A stretch of DNA of 64,000 nt, taken from contig NC_057719.1 of NCBI RefSeq assembly GCF_004010195.1, positions 42,062,239 through 42,126,238 of the forward strand, written 5' to 3'. The translations under genes and the position numbers were made by a program. The DNA is from Chiloscyllium plagiosum (lineage: Eukaryota). Positions within the stretch are counted from its first letter, which is position 1. Every line of letters starts with the position of its first letter. This document shows positions 1-14,560 of this stretch, in pieces. Under the pieces are notes generated by a model. The model had not been told where the DNA came from. It did no database searches and saw only the letters and a list, made by a program, of their open reading frames with translations.

Positions 1-759
1 CGATGATGTGAAGGGCGGAAGTGATGTCATGTGTGATGCATGAGGAATTGTGAGGGGTGGAAGTGGTTGTGGGAGTGGCCATGATGGGGGTGGAAGTGAC
101 AGATTTACCCCCTCAAAATGGAATCATCTATTTTGATGGTGAGGAAAATTAAACTTATTTGCCTTTAGACCAGTTTATTCAGTTTGCAGTTTTCAAGAGA
201 TTATAAATAAAGATATTAAACCTAATGTATTTGATCCCAACTTTAATTATCCTACATTTTAAAAATATAATTACACGCCTAATATTCTGAGACTCTGTGG
301 AGTGTTGCTAACCTATTTTTCAGGTTATATGCTTCAGTCATGGCTCACCTGTCCCCATATTGAGGTGGATCTGATATTTTAAAACTTTTGTTACTGTATC
401 CAGCTGATTCTCATTTAGCTATTCTTTTTAAAAAAACCTTGTTAATAGACATTTCAGCTATTCATCCTGTGAAATATTAAGATTAAAGTTGAAGTTAGGT
501 TTTAATATTAATATGGAGATAGGTTCTGTGAAATTCAGAATCCTTTTATTTGATTCTCACTTTTTGATATATCTCTACATGTATCTATAAAACAACAATT
601 AATCAAAGATTCAACCAGATTTATGTTTTTGTCACTGTTCCATAGAGAATCATGTTTGCTACATCAAATGACTAAAGAATGTTTAATGAGCCCTGTCAAC
701 CTGCCTTAGAGGAGTTACCTTCATTTGTCACTGTAATCTTGATCGTTGACAGTCCTACT

Positions 760-2040
760 ATTTATGGATAATGTCTACTTAACATCACTGGTTTCTGCCA
801 TGGGTCTTCATGTTACTGAATAAGCCACATCTTGACCTGCAGGTCTTTGATGATATGGTCCAGGATGTCCTACAAGGCATTGAGATCCAGACTGACACTA
901 GAGGAAGTTAATTTTTCATGAGGTAAATATGGACTGTTAGGTGGATTATAAATAACACTGGCTTAAAGTTGCTTGAACTCAGTTCATATTTTGCTTCATA
1001 GCTTCCAGATGCAAAGGCAGTAACACCATCATGAAGCAATGGCAGCACTATGGTGAGGTTTCCTGGACATCCAGATCTTTGGACATAATCCACAGAGCCT
1101 CATGATTTTCTGAATCAAAAGACTGGATGAGGTCAATGAATGAAAGGAAGCATTCTTGTGTTGTTCTCGACATCTTTCTCAGATTCATCTAGCATTAAGT
1201 TCCCTCTGAAATTCCTAAAGGCACAATTTCTGACTATGAGAATTTCCTCAACCTTAGAAAATAGGTGAATCAGAATTTTCTCCACTGTGCATGTGAGAAA
1301 AATGCATTAATAGTTTCCACAGTGTGATTTATCTTCTTTCTTGAAGATGGTTACTATTGTTACATGTCTGAAGTCAGAAGGAACTCTTTCCTCTCCCAAA
1401 TCCATAGATGAGTTCATGGAGTCTTAATGTGAGCAAAAGTCCTCAAGATTTGAAGATCTTAGCTGAAACACCATCAGGTGATACGCCTTGTTATCTTTGT
1501 ATCAATTTAGTTGATTGTTGCAGCTTTCTTTTTAGCTGACAGTCATTCACATGGAGTGGTGGAGCTTAGCTTGGAGGGTATCAGCTGCCTCTTTGTGTTC
1601 ACAGTTAAGGAGTTGTCCAAAATGTTCTTACCAACATTGGTAAATGATAATGTCAACCAGAAGAAGAGACACATGATCCTGTCAGTAAAGATGATTTTAC
1701 CCACTTAACCTAACTGAGGATGGCCCTGATGGCCTCAAAAACAATTTGCATGTCATGATGGTTAGCATACTGTTAAATATTTCTGTTTTTCGGTACCACC
1801 ACATTAATTTATCTTTCTAAATTATCTTTGGGCATCAGTGTTGTACTTGTGCAATGCTGCCTTCTTAAAGTAGAACCTAGGGTTGTCCTACCAGTTAATG
1901 AAAACTTCTTGTTTTTGATCCAGGAGGTCACATGTTTCTACATTATGTTTGTGAAAACAGTCCTGGTGATGAGGATTCTCAAACATTGTGGTCTGTACAG
2001 AGGAGCCTGCTGCATTTGACTTCTTTTAATCCCATTGTTC
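760..2040 (-). mobile_element. Decayed RTE-clade LINE (endonuclease, RT and C-terminal zinc-finger remnants, internally deleted)
   Basis: Minus-strand translation near 1250-1350 gives TIFKKEDKSHCGNY*..EKIL (cf. RTE RT TIFKKGDxxxCGNYRGISLL); near 790-850 KTCRSRCGLFSNMKTH (cf. C-terminal CRSRIGLxSHxRTH). Confidence 0.7.
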
Positions 2041-2094
2041 TGGAATTAAGCCAGATGTGTGACAATATTCCACATCGAACATGAGCTGTTGTAG

Positions 2095-2329
2095 AAACGG
2101 AAAGAACTGCAGATGCGGTCAATCAGAAACACAGACAGAATTTGCTGGGAAAACTCAGCAGGTCTGGCAGCATCTGTGGAGAGAAATCAGAGATAATGTC
2201 TCAGGTCCAGTGACTCTTCCTCAGAACCCCTCTGAGGAATGGTCACTGGACTAGAAATGTTAACTTTGATTTCTCTCCACATATGTTGCCAGAACTGCTG
2301 AGCTTTTCCAGCAATTTCTGTTTTTATGT
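2095..2329. mobile_element. Palindromic insertion of two head-to-head PLE termini, each with a hammerhead-like core
   Basis: Arms ~2137-2226 and ~2231-2320 are reverse complements; plus-strand core ctgagga-atggtc-actg-gacta-gaaatgtt at 2232-2261; TSD atgagctgttgtag (2081-2094) / atgagttgctgtag (2330-2343). Confidence 0.75.
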
Positions 2330-5300
2330 ATGAGTTGCTGTAGGGCTGGGTTATGGATTTTCTTCATCATGGATTTTTGGACCTTGCAATGCCTTGGTAT
2401 TAAGTGTATTTTCATTATAATTGAACAAGTTGTTGACCTAAGCTGCATGTAACTGATCCCTGATTGAATCTTGTTTTTCCCAATTATTTCATTTTTAACA
2501 CTGGATTCAAGGGCAAATCTGGAATTAAATTCTCTCAGGAGGAGGGTCTTTTCTTCTTTTGGAATGGCAATGAGGACTTCATCAAGGTCAGAATAGGGTT
2601 AGTCTCTGTAGTACTATCCCCATAATAATCTTTGTCTATTCAAAATAATTGTCCATAAAACATATTGGGCCTAGCTAATAAAAATCAGATGTGTTTCCAG
2701 GACATACTGTACTTTGTAAATGCTTAACAAATCAGGCTTTAATGTAAATTGTAGTGCATGGAACCATGAGTAAGTAGTGCCACAGACCAAAGTTAAAACT
2801 GTGACATGAGCTTTGAACAGAATACACTTAAAAGCTGTTATGAGGCACATGGGCATAGTTAGAATATATTTAATTAAAGACCACGTGAAATGGAACAAAG
2901 TATTTTAACTGGGAAACATTAATCATGCTAAAGATAGATAGAGGATAAAAGCATAAAACTGGAACTTTATGTGATCTTTTTTGCTAATGAAGACTAGTTA
3001 GGAACAGTGCCTACTCCAGAGATATGTCTTTATGCACACTGCAATAAATGCCTGCCTTGCTACCAGTGTCAGAAGTGTTTGAACTAATAAAACAAACTGT
3101 AAACTTTAGCTCATCCAACATACAACAAGTCTCACTGGTCCCATTGGCTCATTGCATCTCAATACTTCCAATTTAAAATTCTTATGTCCTCATGTAAATC
3201 ATTTCCTAACTTATTTCTTCCTCCATTATATCTTGCAGATCTACACGTCCCTTGAACTTTCTGTTTCTCTGACTCTGTGAAATCCTCCCTGAGATTATTA
3301 CAAATTTCACAAAGAAACAATTGATCTAAAATTGATGAACTTGTGTAATAAATATCTTCTAAACTTGACAATACCTGTTCCAGTGAAGTATATTTGTAAT
3401 CATGCAAAGTGTCTAAAAAAACTGCTATTGTTACATTGATAACTAGCTTTTGCTAGTATGAAGTTCCATTCCATCAATGTTTATTTTCTGCTGTAAAACA
3501 TTGTTTTAAAATATTTTGTTAGATTTTCATTTTTCTCTCTTTTATTTCTCACTTTAAATCATTTTGTTTCGTTGTTGAGATTCTGCAGTGTGCATCAACA
3601 ATTTTTCAATATGATTAGTTACGGAGATGCATGCTTGTTCAAATAGGTCCCATGTGTGCTGAAATGGCTTCCCTACTACCGTAGCTGCAGTAGAAAATCA
3701 CAAAACATCTGTAGGAAGGTGCAGGCATAATGAATGACTGATGTCATTTGTTTGCCAATCACACCAAATTCTGGCACAGCAAAACATCAGATCTCTACCC
3801 TTGAAGTCATTGTTAAACGTTTGAGTTCTGAAATTTAGGAAAGATGTGAAATGTATTCCTGTCAGAATGATCATCATCCAAATGGTCCACCTTCTCATGT
3901 AATGGGCATTAACTTGACATCACAGACTCTGGAGCTTGCATAGATTTATTTATGTGTTTCAAGCCCTAAAAGAAAAGGTCCTCAGTAGCATGACACATTA
4001 CAGAAATCCTTAACGTGGATGAAATGGATGAAAAAACGCAGGAATGTTGCATCTACCTGAAAAAGGAATAGAATTTTTAGGTAGGATCCACAGCACTGAT
4101 GATGTTCAGATACAATATCCAATGGGCCAATTAATTTTCAAAACAATCAAATTGACCTTTGCATTCTTATCTGAGTCCTAATGTGGGGTTTATCTCATTG
4201 TTACATCCTAGGAAAGCATTGTATTGAATTCCATTGTCAAATAGAATCATGGTGTCTTTAAAGAATGGAAACATAAAAGCCAAGGCAAGTTCACTAATGA
4301 TGTATAGACATTCGGAAGCACTTAAGGATGCAGTGAAGACATCATTGTTCAATGCACAAATGACTAGTGAAGAAATATATATTGAATGCTGGATGATATT
4401 TTATCAAAATAAAGTGCTACATGTAACCTCTGTTATTTCAAAGAAAGTCACAATGTCACGAAAATAAACCATACCAAGCATACTGCTTCCCAGTGAATGA
4501 TTAAGCTATACTGAATGGACTGCCTATTTTTTTGTCCAGAGAAAGCTTTTATGAATAACATCAAATATGTCTACATCATCAATCTTTTTCTTCTCAAAGC
4601 ACAGAGTCTAAATAGTAAAATACGGATGGTCTTTCAGCGTGTTGTTTAATCTATGAGATATAAATATGTAATGCCTTACTCAAATCTGAATACAGTAATG
4701 TCCCTATTTCATAACTGTATTACCTCATAACTTTGTCAACACGTCAATGTTGTGCTCATCTGCCACAGATTTCAGTGATAATAATTTTATGTTCAATTTA
4801 TTGTTTTATTTAATAAATATGGAAGGCCATGAACAAAACTGATGTATAGCTTACGGCACTGCATTCAAATCTGTAATATTGTTCACCAGTCACTTGTGTA
4901 GAATCCCTGATCTATGCATAAAATATTCTGAGTGATTTATGTTTTCAGTGTTCAGCAATGCTTAGTATTGTCAGTCCAGCACATGTCAGACTGGTTTTGG
5001 TCATTAACAAGCTCTTGCAATAGATTTTAATTTGCATTAATTATTTTGTGTTTGGCTCATTTATAACAGGAGCAAATAAATGAGTAAAATGGTTAGGTTT
5101 TCAATTAGTAATCTGTGAAATCCCCAATTTATCAGTTAAGTTGTACACATAAGTACGGTACAAAGATGGAGAAATTCATTCTAATGGACAGCACAGACCT
5201 AATCTGATTTTCTTAGGGCCATTGTTGTGTGCTATTCAAGTAGAAGGCAAAGAGCTTTCTGAAACCTCGCCCAGGGAACTGAGGCAAGTCTGCAAAATGC

Positions 5301-7196
5301 CATTAGAATTGGTACCACACAAATTGTCCCCCTAACACCCTAACACTTTAGTCTTTTGTCCAATATTTCACATGGAGCATAGAATTTATCTTAGTGAACA
5401 AGGTTTTCTTTCTACCAACCACTGCTCAATGTCAAACAAAGTCAGATGGACAGCAAAGTTCACATCTTTAACATTCCAGTTAAATCCAGCCAGGCTTTTG
5501 AGGGTTGAACATCTGGCTCAAGTGAAAGGAAAATAATCAGACTGACATGAATGCATTTTCAGTTTTATCGTTTAGATGAAAGCGTGTAGCCACTGCCTCC
5601 GAGTCAATGACAGTGATCCTTATGATACCATCTTGACCAGGATATTAGGTTGAGCAGTATGAGACTCCACCTGTTTCAGGAACAGGAAGCTACCTGTAAT
5701 AATGTAAATGTAAAATCTGTTTCATATATAGGATCATGATTCCAATTGTGAAGAAAAATTCATTAAGTTTGCACTGCACACATTTAGCACCAAGTTGCCC
5801 TTAAAGGGAACTCGGAAGGTCACTTAGAAAATGGACAAACTTTGCTTTTAATTAAAAATTTTGAAATGGCCATGCTGAGCAGGAAATATCTCCTGAATCC
5901 ACAAAAATGCTGCAGTCACCTGCTTGCCATTGCGATATCCTTGCTCTGGTTACCACTTCCCTCATCCTCCCCATTGTCTGACTGCAAATGGATCATAAGC
6001 TTTAGAACTGATTGATTCCCACACTCTCAAACCATCAAGGAGCTTTATTAATGAATAATTAGCCAGAAGCATGTGCCTCAAAGTGCTTGAGGCCTCGGCA
6101 CAATAATGAATGTTTGGTGGATGTGTCCCACTCAACATTTTCTGACTTGTATTCTTCAATGTTTAAAATGTTTTCTTTAATGAACAGTCTTTTATCTTGT
6201 TTTTGATCACCATGTATAATGGTATTACCATGACAACCTTCTGTAATCTGGAGGAGCATTGTAGAATCTCACATGCATTACTATGCCAAAATTCCTGGAA
6301 ATGGAAAGTTGCAAGAATTCATGTGCAAAGCACCTGATCTGAAATTAAATGCAAGTAACCTTTAACAGACACATTAGAGAGGGCAAATATGGAGCTGATT
6401 GAGGGTAACAGCTGCCACCACTTGATGTAAATGTTGTATATAGCATTTGAGTTTTTTTAAATCGAAAATATATTCTAACAAATTTAATGAAGTATTCTTT
6501 GCAATGTATTGAATTGGTAAAAACAATTGTGTTAAAAACAACCCTGATGAGACGATGGGGTTGCCGTTCTCAGCAAGCTATGCAATTTCTATTGCGTTTC
6601 CCACATGATTTAGAATAAGGATGCACCTTTCAAAGTGAAGCTGCAATCAATGTCGGAGACTTTATTAAAGAACTTGGAAGGTCTATCTGACAGCAAACAG
6701 GAGGTGAAGGACTGCAGCCCTACGTAACCAATAGAAATGGGGGTATGAATACCAATCTCATTTCAAAATGCTGGCAGGAGCATTTTCAGGGGCATTGTCA
6801 AGCAGGCTTGGGCTAAAAGGGTTTGTGCCAACTGTTTGAAGAAATGTCAGTGCTCCTAAATGTCCTGCCCTCCTCTCAATGACAAGCTCCCAGTGAGCAG
6901 GGATACATGGATTGCAATTCACCTGATAAATTTCAACAAGGTGTGATGACAATGAGCAATACCTGACAAAAGCTCCAAACCAAAACCAGAGCCATAGCTA
7001 AAAGGCCATAATCACTAAAATCCACAGAATAAACCAATGTCTCCTCTGCTGATATAATTCACATAGATAGCCTCAATTATTCATCAAAACTACAAGTCCA
7101 GTGTGATCATTATCACTTAACAAAACATTTTTTAAAAATTAACAGAATAAATGTAAAAGGATGTCATAAAAATTACAATTATTTGTAGCTGGTTTT

Positions 7197-7513
7197 AGAT
7201 TATATTAGATTACTTACAGTGTGGAAACAGGCCCTTCAGCCCAACAAGTCCACACCTACACTCCGAAGACCAACCCACCCAGACCCATTCCCCTACATTT
7301 ATCGCTTCACCTACGGGCAATTTAGCATGGCCAATTCACCTAACCTGCACATTTTTGGGCTGTGGGAGGAAACCAGAGCACCTGTAGGAAACCCACGCAG
7401 ACACGGGGAGAAAGTGCAAACTCCACACAGACAGTTGCCTGAGGCGCGAATTGAACCCAGGTGTCTGGCGCTGTGAGGCAGCAGTGCTAACCACTGTGCC
7501 ACCGTGCTGCCCA
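7197..7513 (-). mobile_element. HE1-like tRNA-derived SINE
   Basis: Minus strand begins gggcagcacggtggcacagtggttagc (A box) ... gggttcaattc (B box), then the core tgtgtggagtttgcac, a LINE-like 3' end and an (aatct)n-type tail. Confidence 0.85.
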
Positions 7514-8561
7514 TAATAATAAATACTAATTAAAGATCATTTATTGATGTGTAGAAACTCCAAATGGACTCTTAGAAAAGTAGCTGATGGAGGTTTGGTG
7601 TTGACCCCCACAGAGTGATGTAAATCTCTTTGGAGGTGCACCTCTAGATCTAAGTCAAAGGACAAAATAAAGGTGGAAAGAGTGACAAAAGGAACAATAG
7701 AAAAAGTATATTTTATATGTAGTCTTTGACATAACAAGGATACAACCAGACTTTGTGCTGTTCCATCATGGTTTTGTGGGTAAGGTGAATGGTACAGCAT
7801 AACTACATCAAAAATTATGCACATAATGGAACACATTAAGGGAACTTCTGAAATTTACATGCCATTTATTACAGTTCAGTCAAATTCACAACTTACAAGC
7901 AATTTCATCCATTTATCAAGCAAAGTACCCAGAATGCAATTGATGAAATGGGAATGCTCCTGATCCATTAAGAAAGAGGGGGGCACTATGGATTCAAAAT
8001 TACAGCAGATAATGTTATGCAGATTAGAAATCAGCAGCCTTTCTCATGCTGTCTCACAGAAATAATGGTTGCATATAGCAGAATAATGAAGGACTATTAA
8101 AGCTTCATTGAAAAGACAGGTAATAAAGCAAAACAAAATTCCATATGTAAGTGCAATTATTTAAAGAACATCACAAAAATATTCCATGAGAGCATTTATT
8201 TATTAAAACCTTTTTTTTTCAGACAAGACCTCCCATGATAATTAAGCCAGCAGGAAACCTAAAGATAATGTGTCATTGGTTAATGGCAAGAGAGCAGTAA
8301 CTACTTTAGCATTGTAATAAATGGCTTTTCATATTTTTACAGGAGGGCTTTTAGCGACTTTATTGGAATTGCTCTGAAAACAAACGTAATCAATGCTGTA
8401 ACTTACTTGATGAATAATATTTGAATAACTGTCTTGCTGCAGGAAACTAAACCTAAGATGGAGCAGAATCAGTGGTCTTTGGCTCAGGAAAAAAATAAAA
8501 CTGAATAGTAGAAATCAAAATTGTGGGTTATCACTTCTTTGAAAAAATATGTTTTATTGTT

Positions 8562-9007
8562 GCCAGGTTTTGAGGATTTGAGCTATATAGAGAGGCTGAA
8601 CACAGGCTAGAGCTGTTTTCCCTGGAGCGTCGGAAGTTGACGTTTACAAAATCATGAGGGGCATGGATAGGATAAATAGACAAAGTCTTTTCCCTGGGGT
8701 TGGGGAGTCCTGAACTAGAGGGCATAGGTTTAGGGTGAAAGGGGAAAGATATAAAAGAGACCTAAGGGGCAACATTTTCACACAGAGGGTGGTACGTTTT
8801 TGGAATGAGCTGCCAGAGGAAGTGGTGGAGGCTGGTACAATTGCAACATTTAAAAGGCATTTGGATGAGTATATGAATAGGAAGGGTTTGGAGGGATATG
8901 GGCCAGGTGCTGGTAGGTGGGACTAGATTGGGTTGGGATATCTGGTCGGCATGGACGGGTTGGACCGAAGGGCCTGTTTCCATGCTGTACATCTCTATGA
9001 CTCTATA
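8562..9007 (+). mobile_element. CR1/HER1-type LINE 3' fragment
   Basis: Encodes RDLRGNIFTQRVVRFWNELPEEVVEAGTIATFKRHLD (CR1 ORF2 C-terminus), followed by 3' UTR and a ctctatga tail. Confidence 0.9.
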
Positions 9008-9239
9008 AGTTAAGGAAAATAAAATCATGATAGTTGCATGCGTGCCTGAAACTGTGTTGGGAGTACAGATCATTCCATTCCTTTATATTAAACAATCTAA
9101 TCTACGAGCTGCGGGCTGCTCAATGGGAAAAATGCAATTATGGAGCGTGATTTACACACTGACCCTTGGCTGAGTTAAGAAATAATAGATATTCTTTACC
9201 AGGAAACTGTTGAGGGTATATATCCTGCGGTGTAAAATG

Positions 9240-9698
9240 AGTGATACGGGTGAACTGTGAGATAAATGGGTTGCTAATGTATGGTCTGACTTGTTTCCTT
9301 ACATCAAGATCAGTGGAAAGGAATATTTATTTTATATATAATTTCAGAATTGTTGATTTTATTCCATTGAAACCCCACAAACATATTTATGCTGACCTAA
9401 TGCAAAATCTATTGTTTTTTTCTTTATAGTTTCTAACAGAATATTTTGGGATTAATGGGATTATATTTTAATTTGTGTTTGAAATTTTGAGTTTATGTTA
9501 TAAATAGAAAATTCTGAATTATTTGATTTTATCTTCATTCCTTTTGTTAATAAACTTCTGTTTAGTTCTTACAGCAAAGCTCACAACATTGCATGCTTAT
9601 GTTTCAGTGGGAGATCACTTCTTACAACATATTCTATCAGACGGATTTCAGACTGAGTTCTGACTTGTGTGATAATAACATTAGCTCGGATCATAACA
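9240..9698 (+). mobile_element. Possible decayed LTR fragment
   Basis: AATAAA at ~9549 and terminus ...ggatcataaca resembling an LTR 3' end; no partner LTR seen. Confidence 0.3.
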
Positions 9699-10519
9699 CT
9701 ATAAGATGAATGGAAGTGTGTTAGTGTGTAGCCTTATGAAGGGTTTTGCTAAATGGGTGAGGCACCTTGGCATAGTGTCCGTGCTGAGAGGAGGAAGGAG
9801 TAATTTTAAGGGAAGTGTTGGTGCATACAACAAGCACATAAGGTTCAAGCAAATGTTGTATCGTGATGGAAGGAGAGGTACGGAAGTAAGTTAACCACTT
9901 CAGGGGTGTTAAAAAAAAAGTGAAAGATTGAAGATTTGAAAGATGGCAATCTTGTGAAGCTTGTTAAATATTGCCTTGCATTACAGTTATGTTCTGTGTG
10001 TGTGATTAAATCTATCCCCATATCACTTCAGTCACTCTATCACAAACATTTCTTGCTATTTCACATTTCGTGACAGCATGTGCTCTCCACCTCTCTCCAT
10101 TGCTGTTGATGAATTTATCTGGAAACCCAACATCAATCAGAAGAGGAATAGAACTTCTGCCTGTTGCTTACTTGCTCAATTAACCCCTTCATGGCACTAT
10201 CAGAATATCTGGGTGTCCCAGCTGAAGTTATTTCATCAGGTGAGAGAACAAGTGAGAGAACGAGAGAGAGAAAGAGAGAGAAGGATAGAATAGGCAGACA
10301 GAGGGATTGTTAATAGTAAGCCAGGAAAGAAAAGAAGCTAAGTTGATGATAATGGAGATGATGAGTAGTTGAAAATTGGCTGGCTGCACTGAAAGCAATC
10401 CACTTCATGGCAGGGAACCCCAGGACAGGACGCTATCTCTCTGAGTTCCCTCTCCTCTCCTTTCTCTGATTTTTCTCTACTGTTGTCATCACCACAAATA
10501 CCAACTTTTTCCTACTTGC

Positions 10520-10615
10520 TTTCAGTTCTGAAGGGTTGTTATTGGACTTGAAATATTAGCTCTGTTTTTCTCTTCAGAGATATTGCCAGACCTGCTGAGT
10601 TTCTCTGTTTTCATT
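10520..10615 (+). mobile_element. Decayed PLE terminal fragment
   Basis: ttctgaagggttgttattggacttgaaatatt...gccagacctgctgagttt matches the right arm of the 2095-2329 element. Confidence 0.55.
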
Positions 10616-12016
10616 TATTTCAGTTCTCCAGCCTGACAGTACTTAGTTTTATTTCAGGCTGTCTTTAAGTAGTGGCAACCTCCATGGATTACCTGCTCTT
10701 CAAACTAAAAGGTCGCCTGTGGGAAGTACAGTTGGTACTGAGATCTCACTGAATATATTTAGCTGTCACCTGACTATTACATGAAGGGGGCATAGCAGCC
10801 AGTCAATGGGAGGAGAGAACAACAGCCTGACTTACACTGACTATTTAACTCTATTCCTATATCACTTCAGTCACTCTATCACAAAACATTTCTTACTGTT
10901 TCTCAAGTTGTATTTCTATTACACTTATGAACACAATGATAAGACAGATGTTGAATGGGATAATACAACTGTTAAAATAATAGTGTAAGGAAGATTGTGA
11001 GAACTTGACTAATGTTAGTTTGCTAATAATAGTTATTTGTTGGCTAGACCTATTAAGGCTGTAATTTAGTGATGGGTTTCTATCTTTTACATGGGCTAGG
11101 ACAATGCTTTGCAGAATTTTCAGCACTTTGACCCCATTTTGGCCATGAAAATTGTCACAACTCCTAATTGAAAACTGTGAAGGGAAGGAAGGAAACCTAT
11201 GTGTACAAAGAATGTCCTTTTATAAGGGGTGGTGGGGGGGGGGAGACTTGTCTGTTTGTGCAGGACACGGTTGCTGTAATTCAGAACTCTGTAATGGCCT
11301 TACTCTTTGGGAGCACACGATCCCAAACCTTAAGCATGTGGCTCCATTTGGGACCTTGGACACCACTTTGGGTAAACATGAGTTATGATACCAACAGATA
11401 AATTACAATTTATGCAATTTATTTGATTGCTGTGAAACTTTCTCCTTCTGCAGAAATAATTTTGATTTTATTTTTCTTTGATCCATGTATTTCCCCCTTA
11501 TTAGACAAAACAGGTGGGAACATTGGCATCATGAAGTCATTGCAGATAGTTTAATTAGCAATTGACGCAAAAGAAGAATTCTAATCGATGTGATCAATTT
11601 GAAATATATTTTTCTCAACTTCAGAATCATTGATCAGAGAGGAAAAATGTTTAATATTGCTTCCAATAATTTCCTGTGTCTCTTGAGAAACAATAATGCA
11701 GTCAGGAATCTTTTATCCAAAAAAAGACATCAGGTCCAACTGTTTAATGGCTAAAGGATATTTTCAGTTTTTGTCTGCACTTGCTGTGAGTGGCTTGAGT
11801 CAGTGTTTTGTGCATTGGAACATCGATGTGTTAAGGAACTCAGAACTGCAGCTTGGTCAGTTGGAAAGGCTCCCTCCATTATAATTGTGCATTTGGTAAT
11901 TCAAAATAGAGATGACTTGTCAGTACCTCTGGTTTGTTCAGGTCCTTTGAATAAAACTTTACCTTTAGGTCTTTTCAGATTTGGACATGTGGTTAAAGGA
12001 TTTCTGACCTGTAATT

Positions 12017-14560
12017 CAGACCCCAGGGAAAAGACTTTGTCTATTTATCCTATCCATGCTCCTCATTATTTTGTAAACCTCTATAAGGTCAACCCTCAGC
12101 CTCCGATGCTCTAAGGAAAACAGCCCCAGCCTCTCCCTATAGCTCAGATCCTCCAACCCTGGCAACATACTTGTAAATCTTTTCGGAACCCGTTCAAGTT
12201 TAACAACATCTTTCCGATAGGAAGGAAACCAGAATTGCACGCAATATTATAACAGTGGCCTAACCAATGTCCTGTACAGCCGCAACTTGACCTCCCAACT
12301 CCTGTACTGAATTCTGTGACCAATAAAAGAAAGCATACCAAACGCCTTCTTCACTATCCTATCTACCTGCGACTCCACTTTCAAAGAGCTATGAACCTGC
12401 ACTCCAAGGTCTCTTTGTTCAGCAACACTCCCTAGGACCTTACCATTAAGTATATAAGTCCTGCTAAGATTTGCTTTCCCAAAATGCAGCACCTCATTTA
12501 TCTGAATTAAATTCCATCTGCCACTTCTCAGCCCATTGGCCCATCTGGTCCAGATCCTGTTGTAATCTCAGGTAACCCTCTTCGCTGTCCACTACATCTC
12601 CAATTTTGGTGTCATCTACAAACTTACTAACTGTACCTCTTATGCTCACATCCAAATCATTTATGTAAATGACAAAAAGTAGAGGGCCCAGCACCAATCC
12701 TTGTGGCACTCCATTGGTCACAGACCTCCAGTCTGAAAAACAACTCTCCACCACCACCCTCTTCTATCTTTGAGCCAGTTCTGTATCCAAATGGCTAGTT
12801 CTCCCTGTGTTCCATGAGATCTAACCTTGCTAATCAGTCTCCCATGGGGAACCTTGTTGAACACCTTACTGAAGTCCATATAGATCACATCTACTGCTCT
12901 TCCCTCATCAATCTTCTTTGTTACTTCTTCAAAAAACTGAATCAAGTTTGTGAGACGTGATTTCCCATGCACAAAGCCATGTTGACTATCCCGAATCAGT
13001 CCTTGCCTTTCCAAATACATGTACATCCTGTCCCTCAGGATTCCCTCCAACAACTTGCTCACCATCGAGGTCAGGCTCACTGGTCTATAGTTCCCTGGCT
13101 TGCCTTTATCGCCCTTCTTAAACAGTGGCATCATGTTTGCCAACCTGCAGTCTTCCGGCACCTCACCTGTGACTATCGATGATACAAATATCTCAGCAAG
13201 AGGCCCAGCAATCACTTCTCTAGCTTCCCACAGAGTTCTCGGGTACACCTGATCAGGTCCTGGGGATTTATCCACTTTTAACCGTTTAAAGACATCCAGC
13301 ACGTCTTCCTCTGTAATCCGGACATTTTGCAAGATGTCACCATCTATTTCCCTACAGTCTATATCTTCCATATCCTTTTCCACAGCAAATACTGATGCAA
13401 AATATTCATTTAGTATCTCCCGCATTTTCTGTGGCTCCACACAAAGGCCGCCTTGCTGATCTTTGAGGGGCCCTATTCTCTCCCTAGTTACCCTTTTGTC
13501 CTTAATATATTTGTAAAAACCCTTTGGATTCTCCTTAATTCTATTTGCCAAAGCTATCTCATGTCTCAGTTTTTCCCTCCTGATTTCCCTCTTAAGTATA
13601 CTCCTACTTTCTTTACACTCTTCTAAGGATTCACTCGATTTATCCTGTCTATACCTGACATATGCTTCCTTCTTTTTCTTTACCAAACCCTCAGTTTTTT
13701 TAGTCATCCAGCCTTCCCTTTCACCCTGACAGGAATATACTTTCTCTGGATTCTTGTTATCTCATTTCTAAAGGCTTCCCATTTTCCAGCCATCCCTTTA
13801 CCTGCGAACATCTGCCTCCGATCAGCTTTCGAAAGTTTTTGCCTAATACCGTCAAAATTGGCCTTTCTCCAATTTAGAACTTCAACTTTTAGATCTGATC
13901 ATTCCTTTTCCATCACTATTTTAAAACAAATAGAATTATGGTCGCTGGCCCCAAAGTGCTCCCCCACTGACACCTCAGTCACCTGCCCTGCCTTATTTCC
14001 CAAGAGTAGGTCAAGTTTTGCACCTTCTCTAGTAGGTAAGTCCACATACTGAATCAGAAAATTGGCTTGTACACACTTAAGAAATTCCTCTCCATCTAAA
14101 CCTTTAACACTATGGCAGTCCCAGTTGATGTTTGGTAAGTTAAAATCCCCTACCATAACTACCCTATTATTCTTACAGGTAGCTGAGATCTCCTTATAAG
14201 TTTGTTTCTCAACTTCCCTCTGACTACTGGGGGGTCTATAATAGAATCCCAAAAAGTTGATCATCCCTTTCTTATTTCTCAGTTCCACCCAAATAACTTC
14301 CCTGGATGTATTTCTGGGAATATCCTCCCTCAGCACAGCTGTAATGCTACCCCTTATCAAAACTGCCACTCCCCCTCCTCTCTTGCCTCCCTTTCTATCC
14401 TTCCTGTAGCATTTGTATCCTGGAACATTAAGCTGCCAGTCCTGCCCATCCTTGAGCCATGTTTCCGTAATTGCTATGATACCTCAGTCCCATGTTCCTA
14501 ACCATGCCCTGAGTTCATCTGCCTTCCCTGTTAGGCCCCTTGCATTGAAATAAAGGCAGT
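12017..14560 (-). pseudogene. CR1 ORF2 (endonuclease-RT), frameshifted
   Basis: ORF-track pieces 14484-14690, 13899-14369, 12718-13707, 12494-12757, 12247-12492 and 12016-12240 form consecutive parts of one ORF2. Confidence 0.9.

Noticed and set aside
5940..6260. Overlapping short minus-strand ORFs
   Set aside because: No motif; the length is expected by chance.
7440..7513. tRNA-like A and B boxes here and in four other places
   Set aside because: They are SINE heads, not tRNA genes: no cloverleaf, and each is followed by a SINE body.
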